Shown piece by piece: positions 40,600 to 52,715 of a DNA stretch of 64,000 nt. This DNA is from Octopus bimaculoides. Its lineage: Eukaryota. The notes under the pieces were generated by a model that was not told the origin of the DNA, ran no database searches, and saw nothing but the letters and a program-made list of their open reading frames with translations. The stretch lies in assembly GCF_001194135.2 (NCBI RefSeq), contig NC_068991.1, forward strand, positions 24,287,007 to 24,351,006. The letters are read 5' to 3'. The translations under genes and the position numbers were made by a program. The first letter of the stretch is position 1. The number at the start of each line of letters is the position of its first letter.

Positions 40600-43218
40600 C
40601 ATTATTCTAACCCCTTCTTTAAATCCTTAAATGACTATATGACCAGTATTAAACAATCTCCCAATCTACACATCCTCGCAGACAAAACAAAATATATTTA
40701 CGAAACAAACATTTCCACACACTCAAAACTCCTCACAAGCGCCACCACCAAAACAGAAAAAAAACGTACTTCCACATACAATGGCATAAACACAGAAACG
40801 AAGAAGCTAGCTATCCGCCTTAAGATAGAGGATCGCGTGGACCGCATTACCAAGCAACTACACCATATTATACACTTAAGGACCATAAGCTTAATTTCCA
40901 TACCAACCCCAAATGCATGCTGATCAACCCCTCCAAAAGCGTGGTAGGTATCATTACTAAGCGTATTCTCGATACTATCAACTCTGGTATCAGAAGGGCT
41001 ACAGAGTTGACTCAATGGAACTCCAGCGCAGCTGTGATAGACTGGTTCCGTGGTATCGAGAATAAATCAGCCTACAAATTCACCCAGTTCGACATTGTTG
41101 ACATCTACCTTTTCATATCTAAGCCCCTCCTCCTGAAGACCCAAGCTTTTGTTGGACAATATACCAACATTAGTGATCTTGATATCAGAATCATCATGAA
41201 TGCTAGGAAGTCAATTCTGACTCATGACGATTCCTTCTGGGTGAAGAAAGAAGGCGATCCCTTATTTGATGTCCCTATGGGAAGCTTTGACGGGTCTCCT
41301 CAAGAGAGTACCCATCCACATAGGTCGGCCCTCTATATGGACGTTGGCCTGACTATCTCAAGCCATATGAATGGCCATGCCATGGACAGGTTCAGCAAGG
41401 ACTTGATAAAAATATTCAGAATTCGGCCTGCCCATAGCGATTACTACCTGACTACGGTCGATTTCTTGGGCGTAACCTTAGGCCTGAACACGGGCAAATA
41501 TTGCCCCTACAGGAATATATCCATAAGAGCTCAACCACCCACCCACGTCCACCTCCGCTATAACTAGAAACCTGGTTTCAGGCATTAGCAAACGGGTGTC
41601 TAAACTCTCAGCCAGCATGGAGATCTTTAATAGAGCCTCCCCCTTACTGCAACGATGCTTTGGCTAGAAGTGGATTTTCTGAGAAGCTAAGGTATGTTGA
41701 CGAACCGCCAAACCTCCTCTCCTCACCCCAAAAGAATTAGGAAAAGAAAATAATCTGCTATAATCCCCCATTTAACATTGAAATGTCTACCAACGTAGCC
41801 AGGGACTTGCTGTCGTTAATAAAGAAACATTTCCCCAGAGGCCATAATGTCAAGGTAAGCAATTCCTGACTAGACAACATCGCATCCACCATCGCACACA
41901 TCAAGAGACGTAAAAACGCAACCACACAACGCACAAAACCAACCTGCAACAGCCGAAACCCTACTACCCGCCCCCAGGAGGATCCTGCCTTTCAAGGGCT
42001 GTAGAATACAGAGTCACCCTTACACCATCCGATGGCGTTACTAGTCATTATACGGGCATGACAGCCAATGACTTCAAGGGAAAATACTCCCAGCACTTGC
42101 ATTCATTTAGATCCAGGGACAGAGAGAACTCTACATTCCTGTCGCGCTTTCTCTGGAGACTTCATGACCTCCGAAACGAAACACCCAGCATCAACGGGAC
42201 TATTATCAGCAGGGCGCCATCATATTAACCTGGTGCCCTTAACTGCCAGTTGTGCCTCCGCGAAAAACTGCATATCATCTACCAACCCGCAGTGTCCATC
42301 AACAAGAATTGAGGTATCGTATTGCTATCACCAGAAGTACTCCCTTCTGCTAAATTTCAAGACACTAGCCGCCGACAACCCGGATATACCGCCTTAGTAC
42401 CACCCACCCCAGCACCGCCTGCACTAAGGTCACCGTCACAAATTAACTCCCATGAACAGCAGCACAAATCACCAATCTCCAACACTTCTCCATGCCTGTC
42501 TACCTGCATACTATCACTCCTTGTACATCACCTCTTGTGTATGACCACGCGAGTATAGGTGCGCGCGTGCATGTGCGTAAGTATGCATATACATCTGCAC
42601 ACTGTATGCATGCGCATGGATGTGTATGCGTGCGGGTGCGCCCATGTACGTGTGAACACGTTCGTGTACATGTATGTACACGAGCATATTTGTGTATGCG
42701 TGCGCATATGCTCGTGTGCATTTGCACATGGAGATAAAGGTGTGCACGCGTGTGTGTGTGTGTGTGTGTGTATGTGTGTGTGCATATGTGTGTGTGTGTG
42801 CGTGTGCATATGTGTGTATGCGTGTGCGTGTGTGTGTGACTGTCTGCGTGTCCGCGCCCACGAATGTGTTAGTGTACATCTAAGCACACATGCACAATCG
42901 TATAAGTATGGATGCATACACGCAGAGATCTGCACATATACATGTACATATACATATATACTCCTACATCCACCACCCCTTCCTACTTCCCCCAACCACA
43001 CGACCGATTTCATGTCCTCCACCTGGTCGATTTCCTGTTCACCATGCGGTATTTTCCAAGTAATTGTTGTCACTGAAACACCAACATCAGACTGCTGTAC
43101 CACGTGTAGGCTAACGTCCAGTAGTAAACATTGACTATCTTCAATCGAACTCTCATTCAGACTCCAATGGCCGAAGACTAGCTACACGCTTGAAACTCAG
43201 AGTACCAAGGAGTCTGAA
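40600..43218 (+). mobile_element. PLE with RT and C-terminal GIY-YIG, 3' UTR interrupted by a (CA/GT) tract, terminal HHR motif
   Basis: ADKT..Y; LINPSKSVVG.ITK; FTQFDIVDIY; ARKSIL; FDVPMGSFDG; linker TCNSRNP..GGSCL; HYTGMTANDFKGKYSQHLHSF..ST.LSRFLW; CQLCLREK. Frameshifted throughout. Confidence 0.88.
43156..43218 (+). ncRNA. Type I minimal HHR motif (U4C variant) at the PLE 3' end
   Basis: UUCAGACUCC-AA-UGG | CCGAAGA | CU-AGC-uacac-GCU-U | GAAA | CUCAGAGU-A | CCA-A-GGAGUCUGAA. Stem I 3+10 bp; near-palindromic stem III ACUC(A)GAGU; GUA cleavage triplet. Confidence 0.7.
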
Positions 43219-43249
43219 TCTATCTATCTATCTATCTATCTATATAGAT

Positions 43250-43296
<47 letters not shown>

Positions 43297-43600
43297 TACA
43301 TACATGCATACATATACATATANNNNNNNNNNNNNNNNNNNNNNNNNNNNNNNNNNNNNNNNNNNNNNNNNNNNNNNNNNNNNNNNNNNNNNNNNNNNNN
43401 NNNNNNNNNNNNNNNNNNNNNNNNNNNNNNNNNNNNNNNNNNNNNNNNNNNNNNNNNNNNNNNNNNNNNNNNNNNNNNNNNNNNNNNNNNNNNNNNNNNN
43501 NNNNNNNNNNNNNNNNNNNNNNNNNNNNNNNNNNNNNNNNNNNNNNNNNNNNNNNNNNNNNNNNNNNNNNNNNNNNNNNNNNNNNNNNNNNNNNNNNNNN

Positions 43601-43678
43601 TTCTCATCAGGGAAAGCATGGGAATCATCTTAAACGTAAGACAGTTTAAGATGATTCCCATGCTTTCCCTGATGAGAA
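43601..43678. repeat. Perfect 35-bp inverted repeat with an 8-nt spacer
   Basis: 43601-43635 is the exact reverse complement of 43644-43678; the left arm runs into an N-gap. Confidence 0.95.
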
Positions 43679-43757
43679 GGTTACAATTTTAATATCAAAG
43701 ATCCCTATGGATCACACAGGTTGTAATCCTTTGAAACATATGTAGGAATAAAGTATG
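43659..43757 (+). ncRNA. Type I HHR with intact core
   Basis: Stem I CAUGCUUUCC/GGAA(UAA)AGUAUG; CUGAUGA 43669-43675; 11-bp stem II GAAGGUUACAA/UUGUAA(U)CCUUU; GAAA 43733-43736; palindromic stem III ACAUAUGU; GUA, predicted cleavage after 43744. Confidence 0.85.
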
Positions 43758-44398
43758 CAATTATAACATGCGTTTTCTCCATTCCTTAAATTCTTAAATA
43801 TACTCAAATACCCAAAATTTCAAGGAGTTCCTGCCTTAAAAACAGGAACTAAACCACAGTTATTTTGTGTTCTTTGCTACATTGGTTTCTATTAACCCAT
43901 TTATTCTATCCGAAGAATTTTTATTCATTAAGATAGAAGAAATACACTTAATTATATATTTATATAACTTGATTCAGTAACTATGCTGCGGCGATTCTGG
44001 GGCACCACGTTGAAGAAATTTTTGTCGAACTAATCGACCCCAGTGCTTATTAATTTTTTTAAGGCCTGTTACTTATTCTATCCATTACGGGAACATAAGC
44101 AAACCAACACCAGGTATCAAGCGGTGCTGGAGAACAAACACAGACATAAAGACGTGCATGTGCGCACACACACACACACTCACACACACTCACACACTCA
44201 CACACACTCACACACACACCTACACTCATACACGCCCATACATATATATNNNNNNNNNNCATGTGGTTCGGAAGTAAAGTTCTTACCACACGGTCACGCC
44301 TGTGTCTACAAATCTGTGTATACACATACATACATACATACACAAGCACACACACACACGCACACGCACACGCACACACGCACACATACACACACACG

Positions 44399-44429
<31 letters not shown>

Positions 44430-44494
44430 GCATGTACATGCATATATACATACAAATACATACACGCACACACTTATACATGTACACACACATT

Positions 44495-44534
<40 letters not shown>

Positions 44535-44544
44535 CACGCACACA

Positions 44545-44587
<43 letters not shown>

Positions 44588-45065
44588 ACATACACTCTCG
44601 CACACACACACACAACCCACATTTGCGTATGTGTGTCTCGTGTGTCAGTGTGTGTGTGCTTGTGTGTGTGTGCATGTGTGTGTTGTGCGGCGTACAGATA
44701 GTTAATGGCGATTCAAGTGACAATTGCTCAAATGAAAAATGTATCAACTTACATAAAATATTAGGAAGTTTCTCTATCTCCTTCTCTCTCCCTCTCTCAC
44801 TCTCCCTCTCACCCCTCTCGCTCTCTTTCTTTCTCTCTCCCTCTCCCTCTTCCTCTCTACTTTGGTCAAATGATTAAGATGGAGAAGTTTGCTTCACAAT
44901 CACTTGAAAAGTACATTAAGTATACATGTTGGTGTGGAATATTTAACCACTTACACGCTATCGTTATTACAATGAGGCTGGTTTATCTGTTGGTCGAACA
45001 ACTGACGCACACGATCACAAATTCTGATCGAGATCAATTCTGAGTAAAGAGAAACAGACAGACAC

Positions 45066-45122
<57 letters not shown>

Positions 45123-45460
45123 CATGTGTATAACGCATATATATATATATATGCGAGTAAAAATAAATACAAAATAGGTGGGGTTTTTTTGTATGATTGT
45201 GTATAGAGGAATATATTATTTTGCTTAAAAGAGTTCCAACACTGTCTGTTTTTTATGTTTTATTTATATTCCTGCAGAACTAATGTGGGGTATAGAATAT
45301 GGAATATACAATATATAATATGATATACAATATACAATATAAAATAAAATAACATAAAAATGGATGGCACCATGAAAGAAAGTATTGAATGTAGATGAAA
45401 TATTGAGTGTTCAATATAAAGGATCAAATATATAAATATATAAATATAAATATATATATA

Positions 45461-45520
45461 TAAAGGCGACTCGAGTTTCAGGGCTATTTCCCTTCGTCAT
45501 GGCCGGTATGACAGACTTTA
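45461..45520 (-). ncRNA. Type I HHR-like motif with a one-nucleotide core insertion
   Basis: Minus strand GGC | CAUGACGA | AGGG-aaauag-CCCU | GAAA | CUCGAGU-C | GCCUUUA. Palindromic stem III ACUCGAGU; GUC triplet. Confidence 0.7.
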
Positions 45521-46059
45521 ACANNNNNNNNNNNNNNNNNNNNNNNNNNNNNNNNNNNNNNNNNNNNNNNNNNNNNNNNNNNNNNNNNNNNNNNNNNNNN
45601 NNNNNNNNNNNNNNNNNNNNNNNNNNNNNNNNNNNNNNNNNNNNNNNNNNNNNNNNNNNNNNNNNNNNNNNNNNNNNNNNNNNNNNNNNNNNNNNNNNNN
45701 NNNNNNNNNNNNNNNNNNNNNNNNNNNNNNNNNNNNNNNNNNNNNNNNNNNNNNNNNNNNNNNNNNNNNNNNNNNNNNNNNNNNNNNNNNNNNTTGTATA
45801 AAGGACCGTGGGCAAAGCCAGAGCAATGCGAAATAAATGCAAGGAATATCACAAGAAAACAAATATATGAATTAACGTAAATTAACCTTGCATTCAATAT
45901 TTCGAGGTTATGACCCCATTTTCAAGAAATAAACGAATGTTGCAGATGTGTATGTGTGTGAGCGTGTGTGGAGTGGACATGCGCGGAAAGGTGATGCTAT
46001 AGCAACCAGCTAGCTTCCTGTAACTCTCTTCTGTTGTTGATATTTGGTTTCCTCAGAGT

Positions 46060-47800
46060 ATGGAGCTGGACATAAAAACACTACACTCGTGATAGACACA
46101 GAAATCAGAGAATTAGACCACAATCACCCATACAAATATTTAGGAATAGACGAAACAGCTAAAATGCACAGAAATGAAAGAGAAAATTAAGAGAGAGTAT
46201 TACAGAAGAATTAGACTAATATTAAACACTGAACTCAATGCTAAAAATAAGATAATATGGATAAATACGCTAGCCATACCAGTCATAAATTACAGTTTCA
46301 TCATAATAAACTGGAAGAACAGTGAATTGAGAAACTTAGATAGAAAAACCAGAAAACTATTAACAGCATGCCGAAGTCACCACCCCAAAGCCGACACAGA
46401 CAGAATATATCTATTCCACTCGGAAGGAAGCCGTGGCCAAACGCAGATAGAGAACTACTATAAAATTACAACGGTTGGACTAGAAAAGTACTCGGAAACA
46501 AAAAAGTGGAAGACCACTGCATATAATAAAATAACACGAGAAAAATAGAACGTTTTTCTCTGTACACAAGGAGATGACAAAATACAAGACAAAAACAAAG
46601 TACACTGATGCACTGATCTCAGATGACAACATAGCAGAAATGGTCAAAGCGACAAAAAACATGAACTCAGAACTATAAAAGATACCAAAGAAGAAGTGGA
46701 AAAAGAAAATCACTCCATGGCTAAAACCCTGCAAGACTTGACAGAGAAGAAGTGAGCCTAAGTAAAAGCCAGAAATGGCTCAAAAGCTCTGGACTAAAAG
46801 CTGAAACGGAATGATTGATTCTCGCTGCACAAGACTAATGCCTGACCACAAACAACTATAAAAACAAAATAATGGAAACAGACCCTAACACCAAATGCAG
46901 AATGTGCAACCAGCACAATGAGACAGTGACAACATCATCTTTGGCTGCACATCCCTTGCCAAATCTGAATATATATACAGACATGACCAAGTAGGTAGTA
47001 ATATCCACTGGACAATATACCAACACAACATTAAAACTGACAAGAAATGGTATAAACATGTTCCAAACAAGGCACATGACAACGACCAGGCCACAATCGT
47101 CTGGAATATGCCTGTTCAAGCTGACAAAGATATAAAAGCTAATCTCTCGGACATAATAATCAAGGATTGGGAAAAAAACACCTGCTTCTTTTTGGGCAAT
47201 ATTTTGGTCAGAAGGGAAATTGTAGTCTCTCCTTAACAAAACATTGCCCAAAAAGAAGTGGAGAAATTGCCTAAGTACAAAGACCTCGAAATTGAAGTAT
47301 TCAAGATGTGGGGCATAAAGGTGAAAACAATACCAGTAATAATTGGAGCAATGGGCATAATAAAAAACATATGAACAAAAATTTAGAAGCTATACCTGGA
47401 CCCTCGACACTACACACTATTCAAAAAATAGCCCCGCTAGGAACAGTGCACATCCTACGCAAGACACTATCAAGTCAATAATAAAACCCAAACAAAACAA
47501 TCTACAAAACACAAGACATACTCTATATTGCAAATATCCAATAAAATAAACAACCACCAGCAATCCGCATACCCAACAGAAGAACAGAACTCGCATTGCA
47601 TACACAACACACGATACAAACACTAATACAACAATAGATAACACCAGACCCCATAACAAAAGAAACTGACGGAATACAAAACCGAGAAGAGTTTGCACTC
47701 CCCCAAACAACAAAAAAGAACACGCAATGTTGCACATACCCCAGTAACACGGAGTTGTAGCTTGTGATGTAGTATAAATTTGCCTGAAACTACCAAATGT
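46060..47800 (+). mobile_element. R4/Dong-clade LINE, 5'-truncated: RT end, CCHC finger, RLE and CA-rich 3' UTR ending in (AAT)n
   Basis: YKYLGIDE; MKEKIKREYYRRIRLILN.ELN; HHPKADTDR; CRMCNQ.NET.D..I.GC; Y..RHDQV...IHW; KYKDLEIEV.KMW; PVIIGAMG; QK.APLGTVHILRK. Confidence 0.92.
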
Positions 47801-47804
47801 TGAC

Positions 47805-47854
<50 letters not shown>

Positions 47855-48313
47855 TTTATATAGAAAGGATTGAGGTAACTCCTCCTGAAGATATAGAGTC
47901 AAAATTTAAAGAAGAGTGCCATTTGCTATATCGTGAACAATATTTCGACATCTTGCGTGTCTTCCACTGGTTCAAAAAATAAATTTGTCAATCTACTTCA
48001 TTTTCGTTTATATAGAAAGGATTGNNNNNNNNNNNNNNNNNNNNNNNNNNNNNNNNNNNNNNNNNNNNNNNNNNNNNNNNNNNNNNNNNNNNNNNNNNNN
48101 NNNNNNNNNNNNNNNNNNNNNNNNNNNNNNNNNNNNNNNNNNNNNNNNNNNNNNNNNNNNNNNNNNNNNNNNNNNNNNNNNNNNNNNNNNNNNNNNNNNN
48201 NNNNNNNNNNNNNNNNNNNNNNNNNNNNNNNNNNNNNNNNNNNNNNNNNNNNNNNNNNNNNNNNNNNNNNNNNNNNNNNNNNNNNNNNNNNNNNNNNNNN
48301 NNNNNNNNNNNNN

Positions 48314-48374
<61 letters not shown>

Positions 48375-48377
<3 letters not shown>

Positions 48378-48550
48378 TATATATAACATACAGAAAATTG
48401 CACTACTGGGTACTGCACACATTCTACGCAAAACACTTTCAATACAGTAAACATAAGAGCACCACAGCAAACCACAGCACATACCCAAGGCGCACAGAGC
48501 TGCGCTCGGGAGTGAAGTGAAAGCACGTTATAAAAATAAAACTACTGAAC
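48375..48550 (+). mobile_element. Very short 5'-truncated R4/Dong copy flanked on both sides by (AAT)n
   Basis: IYNIQKIALLGTAHILRKTLSIQ* (stop 48448-48450) matches the C-terminus at about 47420-47480. (AAT)n at 48314-48374 and 48551-48567. Confidence 0.85.
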
Positions 48551-48653
48551 AATAATAATAATAATAACTACCCAATATGTAAATATACCTTTTATTGCAA
48601 CAATACAATTGAATTCAGAAATTCAAACATTCAACTACGTGAATATTAGTATG

Positions 48654-48693
<40 letters not shown>

Positions 48694-48789
48694 GAGCTGA
48701 GTTCAGTTTTCAGTATGAGTCTTATTCTCCTGTAATATTCCTTTCTTATTTTGCCTTCTTAGTAGCATGTTGTATACCATTTCCTTCGT

Positions 48790-50071
48790 TTATCTCCAGA
48801 TATTTATAACTTTTTGTGCGTCAAGCTCCTTGATGGTAGTGTCGGTATATAATTTAATGGAAGGTATTTGCCTAAGCTTGCCTCTTACAAAAGTTGCTTT
48901 AGTACACTTATCAAGGCCAAGCTCCATCCCGATGTCATTGCTGAACTCTTTAACAGTTGGTAGCAGCCCTACTAGCTCTTCGTCGTTTCTACAAACAGCT
49001 TCAGATCGTCCATTCAAAACAGATGGTTTACTATAGTATTATACATTTTGAACCCATATATAGTGTTACTCAGTTCGTTTGAAAGTGAGATCAGTGCCAT
49101 GCAAAACATAATGGGGAAAGGGAGTCACCTTGAAAGATGCCTCGTTTGCTGTTTATGCTGTTAGATTGGCTCATCCCATTACTATGGTTTAGAAGGAAAC
49201 GTGTATTCCGATTTGCCATGCTAACTTGTAAGAATTTGGAGACGACAGGAGAGATCTTATATATCTCAAGGGCCTTGAGTAGCCAATTATGTGGGACACT
49301 ATCAAACGCTTTCCTATAGTCTATCCATGCCATACTCAGGTTCTTCTTGTTCCTCCGGCAATTCTCTACAATTATTTCATTTATGAGTAATTGATCTTTG
49401 CATCCATCAGAATTCCTTTTCCAACCTTTTTGAGCTTGTGGAAGGATAGAGTTCTGTTCAAAGAAAGTGTATATTCTTTCAGTTAGTATGAATGTGAGGA
49501 TCTCGTAGGTGATGTTGAGACATGTTATTGGTCGGCAGTTCTTTGGATTTTTCGTGTCTTCAGTTTTTGGTAGAAGGTGTGTTGTTCCTTCAGTCAGTCA
49601 GGCAGGTATTTGCTCTGGGTTCTGGATGACATTAATTAAAGATGCGGTGAAATTTTGGTGTACTTCTGTCAAACAGTTCAGCCAGAAGTTAGAGATCCAG
49701 TCCAGTCCTGTAGTTCTCCATTCGTGAGACTTTCTAAGAACACAACATCTTAGCTCTCCTATTCTTATTGCCTCCCATTTCTGCTCTTCAACTTCATCCA
49801 GTCTCACTTTATCACGTTCTATCCAGTCAGCTTCAGCATTATATTTTTCTTTGTTGCTCCATATCTTCTTCCAGAACTCTTCCATTTCCTCAGTCTTAGG
49901 TGGCTCCTTTACTTTTATCTTATTTTTTTACCACTTTCCCCATAAAATTTCTTTGCATGCGTCTTGAATACCTTGTTTTGTCGATAAATTTTGATTCTCT
50001 TGTCATACCTGCAAAGTCGTTGGGATTTCAGTTGTATTCGTTGTTTCAATAGTTCCTTAGTTGTCGGGAGC

Positions 50072-50073
<2 letters not shown>
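48790..50073 (-). mobile_element. R4/Dong-clade LINE RT fragment
   Basis: EEFWKKIWS; NCRPITCL; MAWIDYRKAFDSVPHNWL; GIFQGDSLSPLCF; GMELGLDKC. The 5' junction abuts (AAT)n on the minus strand. Confidence 0.92.
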
Positions 50074-50135
<62 letters not shown>

Positions 50136-50620
50136 GAGTGAGAGAGCAGTGCATGCCATCAAAGTGACACGGGTAAAATATACGAAGCCCATTATACCCA
50201 TCATGACTACCAGTCTGATAAGGGTACACCAGGCACATGCATCACAACCATATGTGCGTGACATGGTGATCTCATATCAAGATAAACAGCGCATGACCTC
50301 GCAGGTGGGGCCCAGTTAGAATTTTCTTCAGTTCGAGTAGCCCATCCTGCTCAAAAGGTCTCTGAATAAGGTTTGTTTAAGATGTTGAGCAAAACATCCA
50401 TGTTTCCAAAGGTGAATTATTCAAACCCCAAAGAATTCCTCTCAAAATATGGCTATGATGCTCCCCCACTACTTCTGCTCATGATCAGAGATGCACATAT
50501 CGTCAGCCACCAAGAGACATGCTCAAGTAATTAAGGTCAAACAACTGACAAGCAAATCAGTGGTATTAAGCAGAATATTTGCTGCAGCCCATCTTTTATA
50601 CCAAGACAAAACAATGTAAT
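50136..50620. repeat. Unclassified dispersed repeat (partial inverted copy at 3516-3660)
   Basis: aactgacaagcaaatc..gcagaatatttgctg.agc.catctttta.accaagacaaa shared in opposite orientations. Both copies abut AAT/TTA tracts. Confidence 0.65.
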
Positions 50621-51301
50621 TTTACTCTTGTTTTATGTTTATTTTTTTCATGTCATTTGCTTTAGCTTTATCTGTGTTTTCAAATAATGTTGACTAGTTT
50701 AAATCATTTCCACAGAATTTTTGACTTAAATTATTCCATTAAACAATTATCATAATCTTAAATTCTTTTATTATCACAGAAATTATTTTCTTTCGTTGTT
50801 TCCTCTTTCGGTTTAACGAGTTGGCGATTTTCATAATCCGTTTATATTAATGAAGACTGTATTGAAACAAAGGAGAGAACTGATAAGATGGAGGGGTAAG
50901 GGGATTCAGTGGCACTTTTTAAACAATGTGATGAAAAGAAAGAGAAGGTCTAACAGCTGATGCTTGAAACTATAATATGTTCGGTGCTGGACTTTTATCT
51001 GAATAGAGTGTCGCGTCAAGACAGGCATATCAAGCATATTTATACGTTTTTATATGTGTTTGTACATGTGTATATGTATATGTATGTTTATAGATATGTG
51101 TGTGTGCACATCTGTAGGTATACAGTTTATTTAGACTAATACAATACTCTGTTACTCTACAGTTTTTTCTGGAGTGTTTCCGGTTCCTCAGACAAGAGAA
51201 GACTGGAGATATGAATGCATGTACATATGTATTTGCATATGCGTATATATTTGAATATATNNNNNNNNNNATATACACGCACGCACACACGCACATATAT
51301 A

Positions 51302-52169
51302 CTAGGTCTGATCAATAAGTATCTGGAATGTTGCCATAGTAGCGTAGCTAAAGCACGCAGAGTAAAGCCGCTTGGCACAGATTGACCTTGACCTCTGTAG
51401 TGCATGTGCACTAAGTTTTAACGTTCCAACTCACTTCCGCTGTTTACAGCAGTGCTTCAAAGTAACGTGTGTAACGAGTGATCGTCGCATTGACCATGAC
51501 AGAGAATGTTGTCATGGTGATACCTGCTCAGAGGCCTACGCAAAGTTGCAGAGAGTGTATGCAGAGGAGTGTATGAGCCCACACAAGTATACGAGTGGTT
51601 CAGACGTTTCCAAGATGACCGAAAACTTGTCAATATTGACGAACGTTCTTGGAGAGCTGCAGCCAGTGGAACTGGGGAAAACATCGCAGATGTGCTAGCA
51701 GCTGTGAGAGGAAATCGTCGAATCACAATCCGTGAGTTATCAGAGGATGTGCAGATTAGTTACGGTTCAGTTCAGTCCATTATCACCGAAGATTTGTGTA
51801 TGAGACGTGTATCTGTCAAATTTGTGCCAAAACTGCTTTCAGCAGACCAAAAGACACTCCGATTTCAGTTGCACATCTTGATTGTGTCGACAACGATGAA
51901 AACTTGCTGAAAACTTTGCGTCGGCCTCTGAGCAGGTATCATCAAGCTTTTGGCAAAATCTCAACTCAACTTTCTCTGTCATAGTCAATGCGACGAACAC
52001 ACGTCACACACGTTACTTCCAAGCACTGGTGTAAACAGCGGAAGTGAGCTAGAACGTTAAATCGTAGTGCGCATGCACAGCAGAGTTCAAGGTCAATCTG
52101 TACCAAGCGGTTTAAGCTTCGTTACTCGTTACTATGGCAACGGTTCGCATATTTATTGGTCAGATTACG
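51302..52169 (+). mobile_element. Internally deleted mariner with about 180-bp TIRs and TA TSD
   Basis: TIR blocks 51302-51480 and 51995-52169 (e.g. cttccgctgtttaca / tgtaaacagcggaag); TA at 51300-51301 and 52170-52171. Transposase N-terminus QVYEWFRRFQ..RRITIRELSE..SYGSVQSII.EDL.MRRVS.KFVPKLL. Confidence 0.9.
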
Positions 52170-52394
52170 TAACGCCGGTGTTAAAATGGGGGTAGCTGAT
52201 GAAGGAAAATGTTCTCTATGTGGCCTGTGTGTTTTCTGTATTCTGGTTATTATTATTTTCTCGTCTACGTTTTGTTTGCAATGTCCTGTACCCAGATATG
52301 CACCTATATATACAGGTAGACGTAGGTAAGCACATACCTGTACGTATATATGCATATACTCATTTATTATTTGTTATATATATATATATATATA

Positions 52395-52620
52395 TCTGTA
52401 AAAATACGTGACACTTATTCAGTAGCCATGATAAAACTCCGAGTTTTGGATGCCAGTGTAGGAGCCCACGCCAACATCTCTTCAGTTATCCGGCCAATTG
52501 AAAATTCCTGTCTTCAATTGGCCGGATAACTGAAGAGATGTTGGCATGGGCTCCCACCCTGGCATCCGAAACTCGGAGTTTTATCATGGCTACTGAATAA
52601 GTGTCACATATTTTTACAGA
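52395..52620. repeat. 226-bp near-perfect palindrome (108-bp arms, 10-nt spacer, about 5 mismatches)
   Basis: 52395-52502 versus the reverse complement of 52513-52620. Confidence 0.95.
52521..52590 (+). ncRNA. Type I HHR in the right arm of the palindrome (mirror copy 52425-52494, minus strand, has GAAA changed to AAAA)
   Basis: Stem I GCCGGAUAA/UUAUC(A)UGGC; CUGAAGA 52530-52536; stem II GAUGUUGG/CUGGCAU(C)C; GAAA 52568-52571; stem III ACUC(G)GAGU; GUU, predicted cleavage after 52580. Confidence 0.8.
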
Positions 52621-52682
52621 CAAATTCCTCTATTTGCATAATATCGAGTTCTCTTTATTTCTTTTGTTGTCCTTCCTGTCAA

Positions 52683-52715
<33 letters not shown>

